Of a DNA stretch of 64,000 nucleotides, positions 43,581-57,475 are shown piece by piece. Numbering within the stretch: position 1 is the first letter of the stretch; every line of letters starts with the position of its first letter. The DNA comes from the human T2T-CHM13v2.0 reference genome, Homo sapiens, in NCBI RefSeq assembly GCF_009914755.1, contig NC_060934.1; one strand, given 5' to 3'. The position numbers were made by a program, and so were the translations under genes. Under the pieces are notes generated by a model. The model was not told where the DNA came from and searched no databases. It saw only the letters and a list, made by a program, of their open reading frames with translations.

Positions 43581-44418
43581 TCTGAGAGGAGCTCAGAGAG
43601 CATCAGGGCAGCCCTTGTATTCATTCAACAAATGTTTGCCAAATGCCAGTGATGCTTCCTGGGAGCTCCTTGTCCAGAAGCTGCTTGCCAGTGCCAGCAA
43701 ACTAGATCTGGCTTAGAAAGTCCGTCCTAGAGCTGCTTCTTCTCTGAGTTCTTCAGACAGACTCCAAGTTTGTGCCTCACCTGCTCAGCAGCTCTATATT
43801 TCACCTGTCTATTTCACCTGTCTCTACCTTGAGGCTCATCCCCTCCAGCATCTCCAGGCCCCTCAACTTGTCCTCATCAACAGATGTCATTTATCCAGGA
43901 AGGAAAAGGGGCTAATGTTTGTGGAGGCCAGCCCTGCACAGGGGGCCTTCAAACACCCTTCAAAGAACCCAACCAATATCCCCAAAACAGAGATGCTATT
44001 ACCATCCCCACTTTACAGATGAAGAAACTGAGGCTTAGGGAACTGCAGTGACAGTTGCCGCACGTCACAGATCTTGTCATGCTCTTCCCAAAGACGTGAT
44101 CTTCTGAAGTCAATGCCCGGCCTTCCCTAAAGGGATTGCCAAAAAGTCACACATGTCAAGTAGCTTTTCCCTAAAAATCTGACACCTTTTATCAGCACGC
44201 CACAGTTTTGCAAAACAATAGATTCCTTCAAAATTCCTGTGGAATGTAAAATTGTAAGCCATCTAGCAAGAGAAGAAGTAGAGCAACCTCCCTTCATTTG
44301 GCAAATAATGCTATGCATGGGGAGACTGGGCCATTCCTTTCCTCCAGAATGTCTGAACCGTCCTCAAACAATTTCAGAACAAGCCCAATGCTAGGCAAAT
44401 TTGGAGACAGGCAAATTT

Positions 44419-44715
44419 GGAGACAGTGGCTCAAGCCTGTAATCCCAGCACTTTGGGAGGCTGAGGCAGGTGGATCACTTGAGGTCAAGATCACTTTGAG
44501 ACCAGCCTGGCCAACATGTCAAAACACCGTCTCTACTAAAAATACAAAAATTAGCTGGGCATGGTGGCAGGCGCCTGTAATCCCAGCTACTCGAGAGGCT
44601 GAGGCAGGAGAATCACTTGAACCTCGGAGGCGGAGGTTGCAGTGAGCTCAGATTGCATCACTGCACTCCAGCCTAGGCGACAGGGTGAGACTCTGTCTGA
44701 AAAAAAAAAAAAAAA
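44419..44715 (+). mobile_element. AluSx/Sz-like with a rearranged 5' junction
   Basis: Alu body starts at 'cagtggctc'; perfect 16-bp tandem duplication at the 5' end. Confidence 0.92.
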
Positions 44716-44929
44716 CTGGAGACAGAGTAGAAACATAGTGCAGTGACCCAGTCACAAGATTCAACAGCTGGCAACTGAAACACAAGAACAAGGGTCCACG
44801 GCAAAGCCACAAAGCCTCAGCTCTCAAGCAGAGGGACCAGCCATCACGTGGAGTAGGATGTGTTCCAAGGAGTCCTCAAATCCCTCCATCAGACAGTGTT
44901 GCCTGAATAAACAGTACTCTCTTCACATG

Positions 44930-45100
44930 TATGTAGGCTCAGGGGATGAGTGAAAAACAAACCCACTTAACAGCATTATGCAGCGGAAGCCTCGGGGGTG
45001 AGACCACACAGGAGTTCACTTTCTGCATGATACAGCTCTGGGATATTTGAATTTTATCATGAGTATGCATAACCTTATAAATTTTTAAATAATCTAAATA
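44930..45100 (+). mobile_element. Old L1 (L1MC/ME) 3' end fragment
   Basis: 'atatttgaattttatcatgagtatgcataacctt'. Confidence 0.5.
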
Positions 45101-46248
45101 TGAAAAATGGTAGGAAATTCAAGGTAGCTCTTGTCCCTGCACATTTTCTTAAATGACACATGCTCAAAATCCAACCAAAACCTGGCAGGGCAGGGGAGAG
45201 GAAGACTATGAAGCCTTTGGACATTCAAAAGTGTTCTTTAGCCCAGAGAAGGTTGGGCCCCAGGGAGGGGGGTCTGTCAGCTCCATGCTCCTCCTCAGCA
45301 CGGTAGCTGCCCTCCCTCGAGCTTTGCTATTCCAAGGTTGAGGCCATTTCATGCCTTATCAATAATTCATGGGTACAAACAATAATGCCAGCTGGATCTC
45401 CTCTGCGGAGGCTGCAGGGTAAACCTCTAACCACCTAGGAGCAAATGTACACTGGGGTGCGCACCCGGCTTCCCAGGGGGAGACAAGACTTAGAAGCACT
45501 TTAAGAATCAATTCCAGCCTGAGAGGGCTGAGCTTTGCAGACAGTCTTGAAGGTACCCCCATGTTCCACTCAGGGCCAATGGGACCCTTGGGAATACACA
45601 GAATGGGGTCCCTTCCCCACCCAGGAGCACTAGGTATACCTAGTCCAGCCCTTGGACAGAGAAGCAGCATGGACATTAGAAGAATCACTAAACCAGGAGA
45701 GGGAAAATTAGGTTCTAGTCTCAGCTCTGCCACTTACCCGCTGTGCGACCCAACGTACGTTGCTTAACCTTTCTGAGCTTCAGTGTACTCTTAATAAAAT
45801 GAAGATGGAATAGAGAAATAGGCAAAGGATTCAAACAGGTAGTTTAACAGAAAAGGAACACAAATGGCCTTAAAAGCATTAAAATGGGATGCTTAACCAC
45901 ACTCATAATTAAATAAATACAAGTTAAAACAAGATGTATTTCAGCCCATCAAACTGGCAAAGTGAAAAATGTCAAGAATGTTCAATACTGGAGGCGTGGA
46001 GAAACAGAGCTTCTTGTATACTGTGAAGATGGAACAGCTTTTCTAAACAGCAACTAGGCAATAGGCATCATAATGTAAAATGCATCTTTTCTTTGACTTA
46101 CCACCTCCATTTCTAGGAGTGGGTCCTACTGATCTTGCCATATGAGAACACAGAGTCAGACAAACAAGGACGTTTCCTTGTAACAATGTTTATAAGACTG
46201 AAAACAATGTAATGTCCCTCCATGAAATACACATAATAAGACTGTGTG

Positions 46249-46462
46249 AGCCTGGGCAACATGGCAGAAATCCTGTCTGTACAAAAAATACAAAAATTAG
46301 CCAGGCCTGGTGGTGCACGCCTGTGGTACCCTACTCAGGAGGCTGAGATGGGAGAATCGCTTGAGCTCAGGAGGAGGAGGTTACAGTGAGCCAAGATCAC
46401 ACCACTGCACTCCAGCCTGGGTGACAAAGCGAGACCCTGTGTCAAAAAAAAAAAAAAAAAAA
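46249..46462 (+). mobile_element. 5'-truncated Alu (J-like)
   Basis: Begins at 'agcctgggcaacatgg'; right arm and poly(A) present. Confidence 0.88.
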
Positions 46463-46465
46463 GTA

Positions 46466-46777
<312 letters not shown>

Positions 46778-47917
46778 GAGTCTGAGTCTGTGGTGCTAAG
46801 AACAGGAACACCAGCTGTATATGTGCTGATATACAGTGGTCTCTTAGCTCTACAGGAGGAAAATAAACAGGTAAGCTCCCATTCTGAAGAAAGAGAGAGA
46901 GAATATCTGTGTTTTCATATGCAGAGAACATTTCAGGAAGCCTCCACATGAAGCTATTTTAGTAGCTGTCTCTGGGAAGGGGACGTCGAGATCTGGAATA
47001 GGACAGAGACTTATTTTCATTTTATATGTCTCCGTCTTATTTAATTTTTTAAACTAGGTATTAGATTTTTAATAACTTTCCGATGTGAAGGTTCTGTTTC
47101 GCTTACACAGAAAGCACCTTGGTTGTGTGAACATTTGATGTAGCTGATATGAGAGAGGGCTATAAACTGTAACAGACGTGAACGTGCACATGGGACACGT
47201 GGGACATGGGTGTCTCTTAGAGACGAAGACCCCACGGGGTGAACAATGAATCGGATGCAGCGCCCACTGCTTTTTAGAGTAACACACCACATTCATCCCC
47301 AGAGGAGTTTCAGGAGCCACCAAAAGTGGCAGAGTCCAAAATGGCCTTTTCCTGAGAGGTTCAGGATGGTGGAGATGAGGCTTTTAAAGACTCATCACCA
47401 CCTTGCTTCCCAGGAACCAGACTTCTTCACTGATACATTTTACCTGATGAACCAACTTCAAGACCAGAGACTGGCTCTCAAAGAGCAGGTCTGAGGGATG
47501 CACAAGGGTTTTCTTGTTGACTGACAGATTCCAACACCAGCCCATAAGCTCCACCTTACAGCTGGGGCAGGAGGCATTCCCCAACCTCACTGATGCCTAG
47601 CTGGGCACTCAGCAAACATTTGTGGAATACATGAATGAGTGGCTGGTCTCGGGCAGGTCCTGAGAGCTCACAGGCTGTTAGATCTGGAAGAACTTTCCAG
47701 AGGAAGCCCCTCAGTCCCATGTATGGGTGTGACTTGCTCAAGACTCACAGCAACAAGAGACAGAGCCAAGGCTCAAGCCAAGACCTGTGACCCTCGCCTG
47801 GCACTTCCTGCCCTTCTCATCTCCCTGAGCATGCACAGAATTCACCTTTTTCCAGATACAACATACGGCCAAACACTCCTCCCATCTACGCCATTCTCAG
47901 GCTTTAAAGGTTTTGAA

Positions 47918-48259
<342 letters not shown>

Positions 48260-50028
48260 TCAGACTCATCAGCCAAGCCTTATAGCTTAAAAGAGAAAAG
48301 GGCTCTTCCAGCCCTATGCTGTCCGTTAAGTTAGGACAATGTCTATGCAGTACCTACCAGATGCAAGGAAGACACAGCTCACTCCCTCCTTAGGAAATGA
48401 ACTCAGGATCTCTCCTGAACAGTGCCGGGTCACTCAAGATGTGCAGAAGCAGCCTGACTAGCAAGGACCTCATCAGGAACCACGTCCTCTGGGCACAGAG
48501 ATGAGCCAAACAGCCTCCAAGACCTCACCTCTATGTGTGCAAGTTCCACTCTACGAAGAAACACTCACTAGAGCTTCAGGGATCATGCATAGTCACATGG
48601 TGGCTTCAGCACCAACCAGTGTGCAGGGAGGACTCCAGCAAAGTAAGAAAGCACAGCGGAGAAACCAGCAGCCTTGGGGCGGCTCCCAGCTCTGCTCCCA
48701 CCCAGCTATGACTCCAGGGAACTCCTGCCACCTCTTCGGGCCTCACTGTCCTCATCTGCAAAGACAGGATGTGAATTAGAACCTCTCTCAGGTTCTTTCC
48801 AGTTCATATATGATTAAAGCAATGATTCTTTGGGGAGGAGAGGTAGAAAACCCAGAGGCAAAGCTTTTTCATGAATTGACAAGCAGCCACTCAGAACAGA
48901 CCCAGCTCCCACACTGGCCTCCAAGAAGCCCCTGGGAACCCACCATGCAGGGTCAGGGAACAAATGCACCACCGAGCCCCCTGCTCTCGGGCCTTGCATT
49001 GACGCCTTCTTCCCGCCCTTCCTCGGCCCCTCTGCCTCTTGTAAGTGAGGCTGGCCTCAGCCCTGGCCCTCTTCTCCCCTCCTCCATCCACGCTGCTTCC
49101 TCTCACCAGAACTCTACAGTCCCAGGGCCCTGTCCCTCCCCTTCCCTGCAAGCCTGAGCCAGGGAGTCCCAGGGGGCTCTTCATCACATTTGAGACACAA
49201 ACCTTTTGAACAAATGTGGGTAATCATAAAGATGGGCCCAGCAGGACAAGCAGGAGTGTTCATCTGTCTCCTGGCACGATGCCCCCACCGTGGCTAGAAG
49301 CGCACGTGTGCATGCTCACACTCTCCCCAAATCCCACTCCTCTTCAGCAAAGAGCTGTGAACGTCCACCAGGAGACACCCCACCAGCTCACTCCCACAAA
49401 GTTAACTTCCCAGAATGGGTCTTCCCCACCTCCCTCGGGCTCTGGGAGCAGGAGTTTAACAGGCCCCTCCTGCCCTGATGCCCACAACCTGCATTGTGTG
49501 TGCAGGATCCACAGAAAGTATTGCAGCAAAGAAAGGCATGCCTGGAGCCCAGAACCCAAAGCCTGGGCTGGCAGTGGTTGCTAAGAGACAGAGGATGCCC
49601 AGCTGGAATCGTGACTGAGGTTTCTTGTTTGTGCAAGAGCAAGATGAAGAGGAAAGGAGAGGATGTGTTTGCTGTGATGAATTCCGGCCTCCACCAGATC
49701 CTGCCGGAGGGAGAAAAGATCTCACTTAGGATCATACTCAATGATGTTCAGGCCCTCCAGCCTTCCGGCCGCAGAACAAGCAATAAGCCCCATTCCTTCC
49801 GTGTTCCTTAAATATCTGCCCTGGAAAACTAAGACAAAAAAAAATCTTAGGAAAGAAAAGTTAGCTATTTTATTTTGTAAAGTGCAGTGTGGTAGAGGAG
49901 CAAATCCAAAGTGAGGCTTGGACTGAATCCATTCAGTCCCAGCTTCTCTGCTTCCTGCTCTGTGTCCCTGGGGAAATTGCACAACCTCCCTGTGCCTCAG
50001 TTTTCACTTACGTTAAAGAAGCTAATAT

Positions 50029-50304
50029 GGCCGGGTGCGGTGGCTCACGTCTGTTATCCCAACACTTTGGGAGACCTAGGTGGGCGGATCACGTGAGGTC
50101 AGGAGTTCGAGACCAGCCTGAGCAACATAGCGAAACCCCGTCTCTACTAAAAATACAAAAATTAGTCGGGTGTGGTGATGTGTGCCTGTAATCCCAGCTA
50201 CTTGGGAGGCTGAGGCAAGAGAATCACTTGAACCTCTGGGGCAGAGGTTGCAGTGAGCTGAGGTCATGCCACTGACAGCAGGACTGTGTCTCAAAAAAAA
50301 AAAA
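50029..50304 (+). mobile_element. AluSx-like inserted in a MIR (MIR ~49885-50420)
   Basis: Perfect 14-bp TSD aaagaagctaatat at 50015-50028 and 50305-50318; right-arm deletion. Confidence 0.94.
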
Positions 50305-51104
50305 AAAGAAGCTAATATAAGTTCCTCATAGTGTGTTGTGAGGATTAAGTTCAGTAACCCATGTAAAGTACCCATCACAGTGCCTGATCTCAGTTAGGAC
50401 CCACAAATGTTCACTGTTACTAGACGTGGACTGTTGCAGCTAGAGCATCTAGCGCAACTCCTTATTCTAAGATGAGGAATCGAAACTGCAGAATGGCCTG
50501 AACCAGGGGAGAGAGGGTCATTTCCATGCTGCTCCGCCATACCTTCCCTCCCCTGCCCTGGGAGGACCCGTGGCCCATCTCACCAGCCTTCCAAGCGGGC
50601 ATCCTCGACTAGTACTCCACAGCCCCAGCTCTGCTGTCTTCACTCCCTCATCCTGCCCACAGGTCCTGAGCACCTCACCATCGGGTACCGGGCATGGAGT
50701 GAAAACAATGTGGACACAGCCCTGTTCCCCCAACCCCACCCACGTTTGCTGCTGATGGAGCCTTCACAGCCAACACACACTCAGCCCCCTTCCTGCCCCC
50801 AGCCAGACGCTCTCTCAAGAACAAGGCGGTCCCTCTCCACAAAACCCACAACTACTCACCCGGTTCTCAGGCCCTGGCATTGCTCCTAGATCTCAAAGTG
50901 GGTGAAGGCAAAGAGAAGAGGGAAAACAGAAGGAAACGACCTCTTCTGGCAGGGCAGCCTCTCCGCCGCCAGGAACAGGAGCCAAGTTCAGGGAAAGGGG
51001 AGGTTTGGGACAGCACCCTGAGTGGGCTGATGAACAAAATTTCTAAATCCTAAATCAAGCATGTGCTCAGATACAGGGATTTACTGGTATTAAAAAGTCT
51101 AGCT

Positions 51105-51508
51105 GGTATGGTGATTTCTCAAAAATTAAACATAGAATCACCACATGATCCAGCAATTCCACTTCTGGGTACATACCGAAGAGGAATGTACAGGGACTCA
51201 AACAGATACTTGTACGCCTTCATTCATGGAAGTATTATTCACAACAGCCAAAAGGTGGAAGCAGCCTCAGTGTTCATCCACGGATAAATGGATAACAAAC
51301 GTGGTATTTAATGTGGAATATTATTCAGCCTTAAAAAGGAAGGACATTCTGACATATGCCACAATGTGGATGAAACTTGATGACATTATGCCTCGTGAAA
51401 TAAGCCAGTCGCAAAAGGACAAATATTGTATGATCTCACTTATCCAAGGTACCCAGCACGGTCAAATTCACGGAAACAGAAAGTAGAATGGTGATTGCCA
51501 GGGGCTGG
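51105..51508 (+). mobile_element. L1MB-type 3' fragment
   Basis: Degenerate ORF2 C-terminus (PHDPAIPLLG; AKRWKQPQC..DKWI; EYYSALKRK). Confidence 0.9.
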
Positions 51509-51720
51509 ACTCTGGAGCCTGACTGCCTAGGTTCAAGTCCTGGCTCTTCTTCTTTCTAAGTGTGTGATACTGAGCAAGTTACTTAACCTCTCTGTGCCTC
51601 AGTTTCCCCATCTGTAAAATAAGGATAGCTGCACTTATACTTCGTAGGGCTACTGGGAGGATTAAATGAGCTAATATGTGTTAAGCATTTAGAACATCAC
51701 GAGGCGCATAAAAACACCAC
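51509..51720 (+). mobile_element. MIR
   Basis: 'gagcaagttacttaacctctctgtgcctcagtttccccatctgtaaaat'. Confidence 0.92.
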
Positions 51721-52659
51721 ACCAGCACCGCTATTGTTTTTGATGGGGGAGGGGGTTGCCATTCGGTCCATGGTCTGAATGTCTGCGAACATGTCTGTCC
51801 TCCTTTCTTCTTCCCTAGATTTTCTCAGGGAACATGCTCTGTGATCTGGACCCCTAAAGAGTCCACGGTTCCCTGAGTGGGCAGGACCTCGGCCACGTGG
51901 ACATTCTCAATCTTGGTCATGAAACTGTGGTGGCCAGGACATAGAACAGAGCCTGTGGGGCCCAAGCACACCCTGCCAGGTGAGACCGACAGCATGGAGC
52001 AGGCCGAGCAAGGGCATTGTGGACAGTGTGATCCCGCCCTTCCCTGTCAGTCGGCACCAAAGGAGGGCACTTCCTTCTGCCCTAAAGAGCCACACAGGCC
52101 AGAAACAGCCTTCCCCTTCCTGCACAGCTGTCCATCCAGGGCCCATGGGACGCCTCTAATGCCCTTTAAAATTCTGCCGGCATCTCTCACCACACACACT
52201 GTCATCAAAAACAGGCCCATTGAAGCAGCTAATTCAAACAAATTCGCCTGGGCGCTGACAGCCTCTGGTGGATGTGAAGCCACAAATAAGGCCTTTCTTC
52301 AGGCTGCGCCCACCCAGCCCTGGACCAAGGGTGGGGAGTGACCAGGAGTACTACAGGCACACAGGCCCATGCCTCTGCCAGCCATGCTGGGTATGGCCAA
52401 CAACACACTCACCGCATTCACAAGCACGTATTGACACCCCGCTACCAGCCAGGCCCTAGAGACCCCTGTGAACAGCAGATGTGAGTTCCACCCTCTGGAG
52501 GCTGTGAGGTTTCCCAAATGGCTCCACCACCTTAAAGGCAGAGGACCGGAGCCCAGCTGCCCCAAGCACAGAACTTCCTGAAGGTCTCTTGTTTTATCTT
52601 AAATGTTCTAGCCAATTCTGCATTTTACTACTTAATGCCCCATTTGTTTTCCGGTAGTC

Positions 52660-52890
52660 ATGATAATAACAGCCACAAACATAAACTGAGACATGCCAAG
52701 TTTCAGGCACCGTGCGGAGCTCTTTGTGTGTATCACTGCATTTGCTAAACCCAGCCTATGCGTGGGGACTAAGTATCCGCATGCTGCCAATGAGAACACT
52801 AAAGCAGAAAGAGGTTAGGCAACGTGCCCATGTGGCAGAGCTGGGCTTGGAACCCAGCCCGGCCCCCAAGTCCACTCCTTTAACAGCTGT
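52660..52890 (-). mobile_element. MIR
   Basis: 'gagaacactaaagcagaaagaggttaggcaacgtgccc...tggcagagctgggcttggaaccc'. Confidence 0.75.
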
Positions 52891-53967
52891 ATAAGTGAAA
52901 TATGTAGAACTGTTTTTAATCAGCTAACTGTCCATCCCCCAAATGTTTAAAGTAGAAATGAAGCTCCGGGACGATGCCCCATTGAAGCCCTGTGGCTGCA
53001 TGCCCCAGGCTCACTGCCCTGGACCCCTGGGGTGTCCAAACTCCTGCAGAACCCTGCCTTCAAGGTTCAGGTTCTAGGCACTGCAAACTGAGGTGCCCCT
53101 CTGCCAGCCACAGCCTCCTCCTTTGTCTTCCCAGACCCTGGCCCCTGCAGGCTTCAGTCTGGCCCCTCTGCAGGCTCAGGTAACCCAGGGTCCCAGACAA
53201 AGCCAACTTGAGGTTCCCCTTCAATCTCAGTCTCTCCCCTCCCCACCAGGTGACAGATTTTAGGATTGCAGCACTCATTCTTTCCCACGGTGACCCTTCC
53301 CAGCTCCGATGTCTGAGAGTCCTCTTGGTTCCCTGAGCCTCAAACCACCTTCAGAACTGCCCCCATGCAACAGGTGCCTGTCCACAGTCCAATGGCCAAG
53401 ACCTGGTACCCAAGTTGTCCAGCTGATTGCCACCTTGGCTCCCATCCCAGGTTGCCAACCCAGTCATCAGCCCATTGCCACCACCCTCTTCTGAGCCCTG
53501 GGCCCTGTCCCTAAACTCTGACAGAATCTAAAATGCCAAGGGCCCCAGCATTTCCAGGGGTCAGCCACCCCCATTTTTCATTGTGTATTCCCCCACCTTT
53601 GGAGGGTCCAGTTACTACTAGGCGCCCTGCACATGTGCCAGGACGCTGGAGTTTCCTGTGCCTCTGAGATATTATACCTTGTAGACCTGCCTCAATCTCC
53701 AGGGCCGGTGGGGCCAGCACTCCTGGCTCCTAACCCATCCCCTTCCCTGCCTGGATGGAGGCCTTCTTCACAAGAGGGAGCACAGCTACAGCCTACATTG
53801 TCAGGCAGAAGGGAACAGCCAAAGATGAACATCTTTGGAGGGCATGAAATGGATCACTGGCGGCCCCACGTCCAAGGCAGGCCCTCCTGAGGTTTAGATG
53901 AAAACAGTCACCAGCTAACGTCCCCCAGTCATAAAGTAAATTCAGGTGAGCCTGGAAATTGGGAAGT

Positions 53968-54605
53968 TGCATGCTCATGGCAGCTTTATCACAAGAGCCA
54001 GAGAGTGGGAGCCACCCCAGCGTCCATCCACAGTTGAATGGATGAACAAAATGTGTACAGACAATGGAATATTATTCAGCTTAAAAAAAAAGGAAATCCT
54101 GACACATGCTACAACAGGGATGAGCCTTGAGGACATTACGCTAAGTGAAATAAGCCAGTCATAAAAAGATACACACTGGGCCAGGCGCGGTGGCTCACAC
54201 CTATAATCCCAGCCTTTGGGAGGCCAAGGTGGGAAGATGGCTTGAGCCCAGGAGTGTGAAACCAGCCTGGGCAACATAGGGAGACCCCATCTCTAATATT
54301 TTTTAAAGAATTTCTTTTTAAGACAAACACTGGATGATTCCACTTCTATGAGGTACCTGGAGCTGTCAAATTTATAGAGACAGAAAGTAGAATGGTGGCT
54401 GCCAGGGACTGGCAGGTGGGGCAATGGGAGTTGTCATTTAATGGCAATAGAGTTTCAGTTTTATGAAGTCAAAATGTTCTGGAGATCGGGTCCACAACGA
54501 TGCGAACTTAACATTACTGAACAGTACACTGAAAAATCATTATGATGGTAAATTTTATGTTATGTGTATTTCACCACAATTTAAATTTTTTTAATAAAAT
54601 AAAAG
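53968..54605 (+). mobile_element. L1MB-type 3' end interrupted by a FLAM
   Basis: 'aggaaatcctgacacatgctacaaca' and 'ggtaaattttatgttatgtgtatttcaccacaat'. Confidence 0.9.
54179..54310 (+). mobile_element. FLAM_C
   Basis: Left monomer; TSD-like aagatacacactg/aagacaaacactg. Confidence 0.85.
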
Positions 54606-57029
54606 TGAAACGAGGACTATTTTGCAAGTAGATTACATATAATGACATATCATCCATCTCCTTCTATTTGCTTGGAATCACATTCATGAGAAGCTGTGCT
54701 GAAGGGTTTGGGGAGGGAAGGATCTGGATGTTTCATAGGCCTGCTAAAAACTCACTCCAGCACCACCCCCAGGTCCTGTATCCCCTGGCTCACCGTCTTG
54801 TCCCCTGGGTCACTCTGATTTGCCATCATTTCTGGACAGCCGTATACCCTTGCTATTGGATTTGGATTGTTTCTTTGCTATGACTGTGCTGCTGGGCTAT
54901 CTAGCAGACACCCCACTAAAGGTGCTGTGTGTTTCCTAGGGCGCTATCAGGCCTGAGGGCTGGTGAGCCCCCACCTCCCAGCGGGCAGCCCTGAACCTCG
55001 GTCAGATTCCTTGCAGGTCTTCTGCCATCTCAAGAGGCTGGGGCGGCCTCACTTCCTCTCCCCAAAGAGGTGTGTTTGCTCTGCTCTGGGTGGGAGATCA
55101 TTAGCTCACCCCATCCTGTGCCACCCACCTCCTCCCACAGCCTTTGTGTCCCCACAGTCACAGCCACAGTTGCGTGACAAATGACTGAGGAGGTCTTGGG
55201 GACGCCATCTCATTCTACAGGCGTTATTGTGCCTGACCTAAACCCAAATACCCAGGCCCCAGTCTCCCGGGTGACACCTGAAGGCCGCGGTTTCCTGGCA
55301 ACCAGGAACAATGGCCCCTGGGAAAAGCACACACAGTTTGGGAAAGGGCGGCCTGTTCTCTCTGCGCCCCTGGGTAGGAGCAGACCACTTATGCCGGCCG
55401 AGTCTCCATTCAAGCCTGAGGGTGGGGGCCTCAGAGCCCACCTGCCCACCCTAAGCCCGAGCTGCAGATCTCTCCCACCTGGGTGCTGTGAGCGCCTCTT
55501 CATAGGACAAAATTCTCTCTGAGCCCATCCCTGGCTCTCCTCTCCCTCAGCAGGCATCCCTCCACGCCAGGCCCAAGTCTGGATTTCATTCCCCCAGAGC
55601 TGATTCAAGGTGTTCAGACTTCCGTTTGGGGGACTTCCATTGTCACCTTTTGCCTGTGGAAGTGACATTCTCTTCCCCTTTGATTTTTTGGGGCCAGCAT
55701 TACAGTTTGATCACGTGGTTCTAGAGGAGAGATGAGGACGCGGGCTTTGCCATCAGGCAGGCCCTTGGATGAACCTCCCTCCCAGCTACTAACCCACTCA
55801 CTGTGCAACCTGGGCAAGTCACCAAATGAGGGGTCTCCTCTCCTGCAGCTCACATTGACTCACATCCCCAACAGGACCCACCAGCTCTGAAAAGCAGAGA
55901 CCACAGCCTTTTTTCTCACCATGATACCCCCAGAGACCAGAATGAGGCAGAAACAGAAATATTTGTTGAGTGTGTTACAAATGAAAAAGTAAATATCTGA
56001 CGTAGGAAAAGCCAGAGGCCTACGGGCCCAGCCTGGGGAAAGCCCCGTGCCTGCAGAGTCGAAGGCACGGGCTTCACGAACGGGACCCAGCAGGCACAGC
56101 CAAGCAGGCTGGGGAGCCAGTGGTGCATGCTCCCTTCCCCATCGCCTGACCACGTGCCTGCGTCTTCATCTGTCCATAACAGTTCGGCCATTTAACATGG
56201 TTCTAAAATACTTAGGCTCGGTGTCCACTCACTGCGCAACTCCATCAGCGTCGCACTGAAAGAGGAGGGAAGGGACATGCAGTTCTACCCTCCTCCCTAG
56301 AATGGAGGCCCCTTCAAGAGAACACAGACTTGAAGAGCCAGGGCAACAGAACAGTATTCCTTTGGGAGGTAGAAAGCAACAAGCAGAAATCCACAAAAAC
56401 CTGGAATCACAAGGGGAAGTGGGGCAAGCTCAGCGTCCTGGGAACTGGAGGCCGAGCAATAGTGAGGAAGCCGGGGTGGAAGCAGCTTCCCGCTGGGCCG
56501 CCTGAGGCCTGGAGAGGTAACCCCAGGGGGCTGCAGTGAGTACCCACAGCTCAGGCGCTCCCCAGCCCTCAGGGCACTCTGACTGGATGCTGTACTTGGG
56601 TCTCTCCCCAGCGGGGCTGCTCAGTCAAGTGGAGGAGGGGCTGCAGAAGGGGATGTAAACAGCCACGGATGGTCCCGTTTCCGAAAAGGACAATGACAGA
56701 GACCAGGTCGGGGAGTGGGTCCCCTGTTAAAACCACTTCTCTTGGGCATAGGAGGAGATCATTCTATTTTACCTGCTCCATAGAAAAATGCCCAGGAGCT
56801 GACACACTGTGCCCTGGGGAGGGATAAGGAAGGGGTGGTGGTTGGAAAGGCACCTGGGACCCCTGGGTGGGCTCCTGCATTCCGGGGTCCTTGGGGTGAT
56901 GATGGAATTTAACATTAGGATGGGGCCCTCGGGCTGACTAACTTGAGATGTCAGCATCTGCATTTGGCATTGGTGATAAATAAAGAATGGCAACACACTC
57001 ATAAAACCATATTCTAAAGTCACTATAAG

Positions 57030-57250
57030 TCCTTATAGAATGTACAGTACCAAGAGTGAACGCTTGTGTCAACTCTGGCCTTGGGTGATGCTGTGTCACC
57101 TTGTCCCCTCATCCACTGTAATAGGTGCACCACTCTGCTGGGGGAGGCTGTACCCGTGGGAGGGCAGGGGGTGTTTGGGGAATCTCCGTACCTTCCGTTT
57201 GGTGTTGCTGTGAACCTAAAACTGTTCTTTAAAAATAAAGTTATTTTTTT
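57030..57250 (+). mobile_element. L1MC1/2-type 3' end
   Basis: 'caagagtgaac...gctgtgaacctaaaactgttctttaaaaataaag'. Confidence 0.85.
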
Positions 57251-57475
57251 AAGTGGCTTTACCATGAAGTTAAGGAAACTTATATTTCAAGGCCACTCAC
57301 TTGCATTGGCCTCTTCTACAGTGTGAGTAGGTCACCAACAATGTGTCCATATGCTATTATAATTTTGTAAATTGTGTCATAGTAATCTTTTTGTATCCTT
57401 ACTTTTAGAAATCCCCCATCAAAAAACAAAACAAAGTAAAACACAACAAAAAGCTTCAGGCTCCTGCCCCCACAA
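57251..57475. mobile_element. MER53/Arthur-like hAT fragment
   Basis: 'tttaccatgaagttaaggaaacttatatttcaaggccactcacttgca' and 'aagcttcaggc'. Confidence 0.6.

Noticed and set aside
47160-47250. Small hairpins (gtctcttagagac, accccacggggt) as a possible small RNA gene
   Set aside because: The stems are only 5 bp, and there is no match to any tRNA, snoRNA, snRNA or miRNA I recognise.
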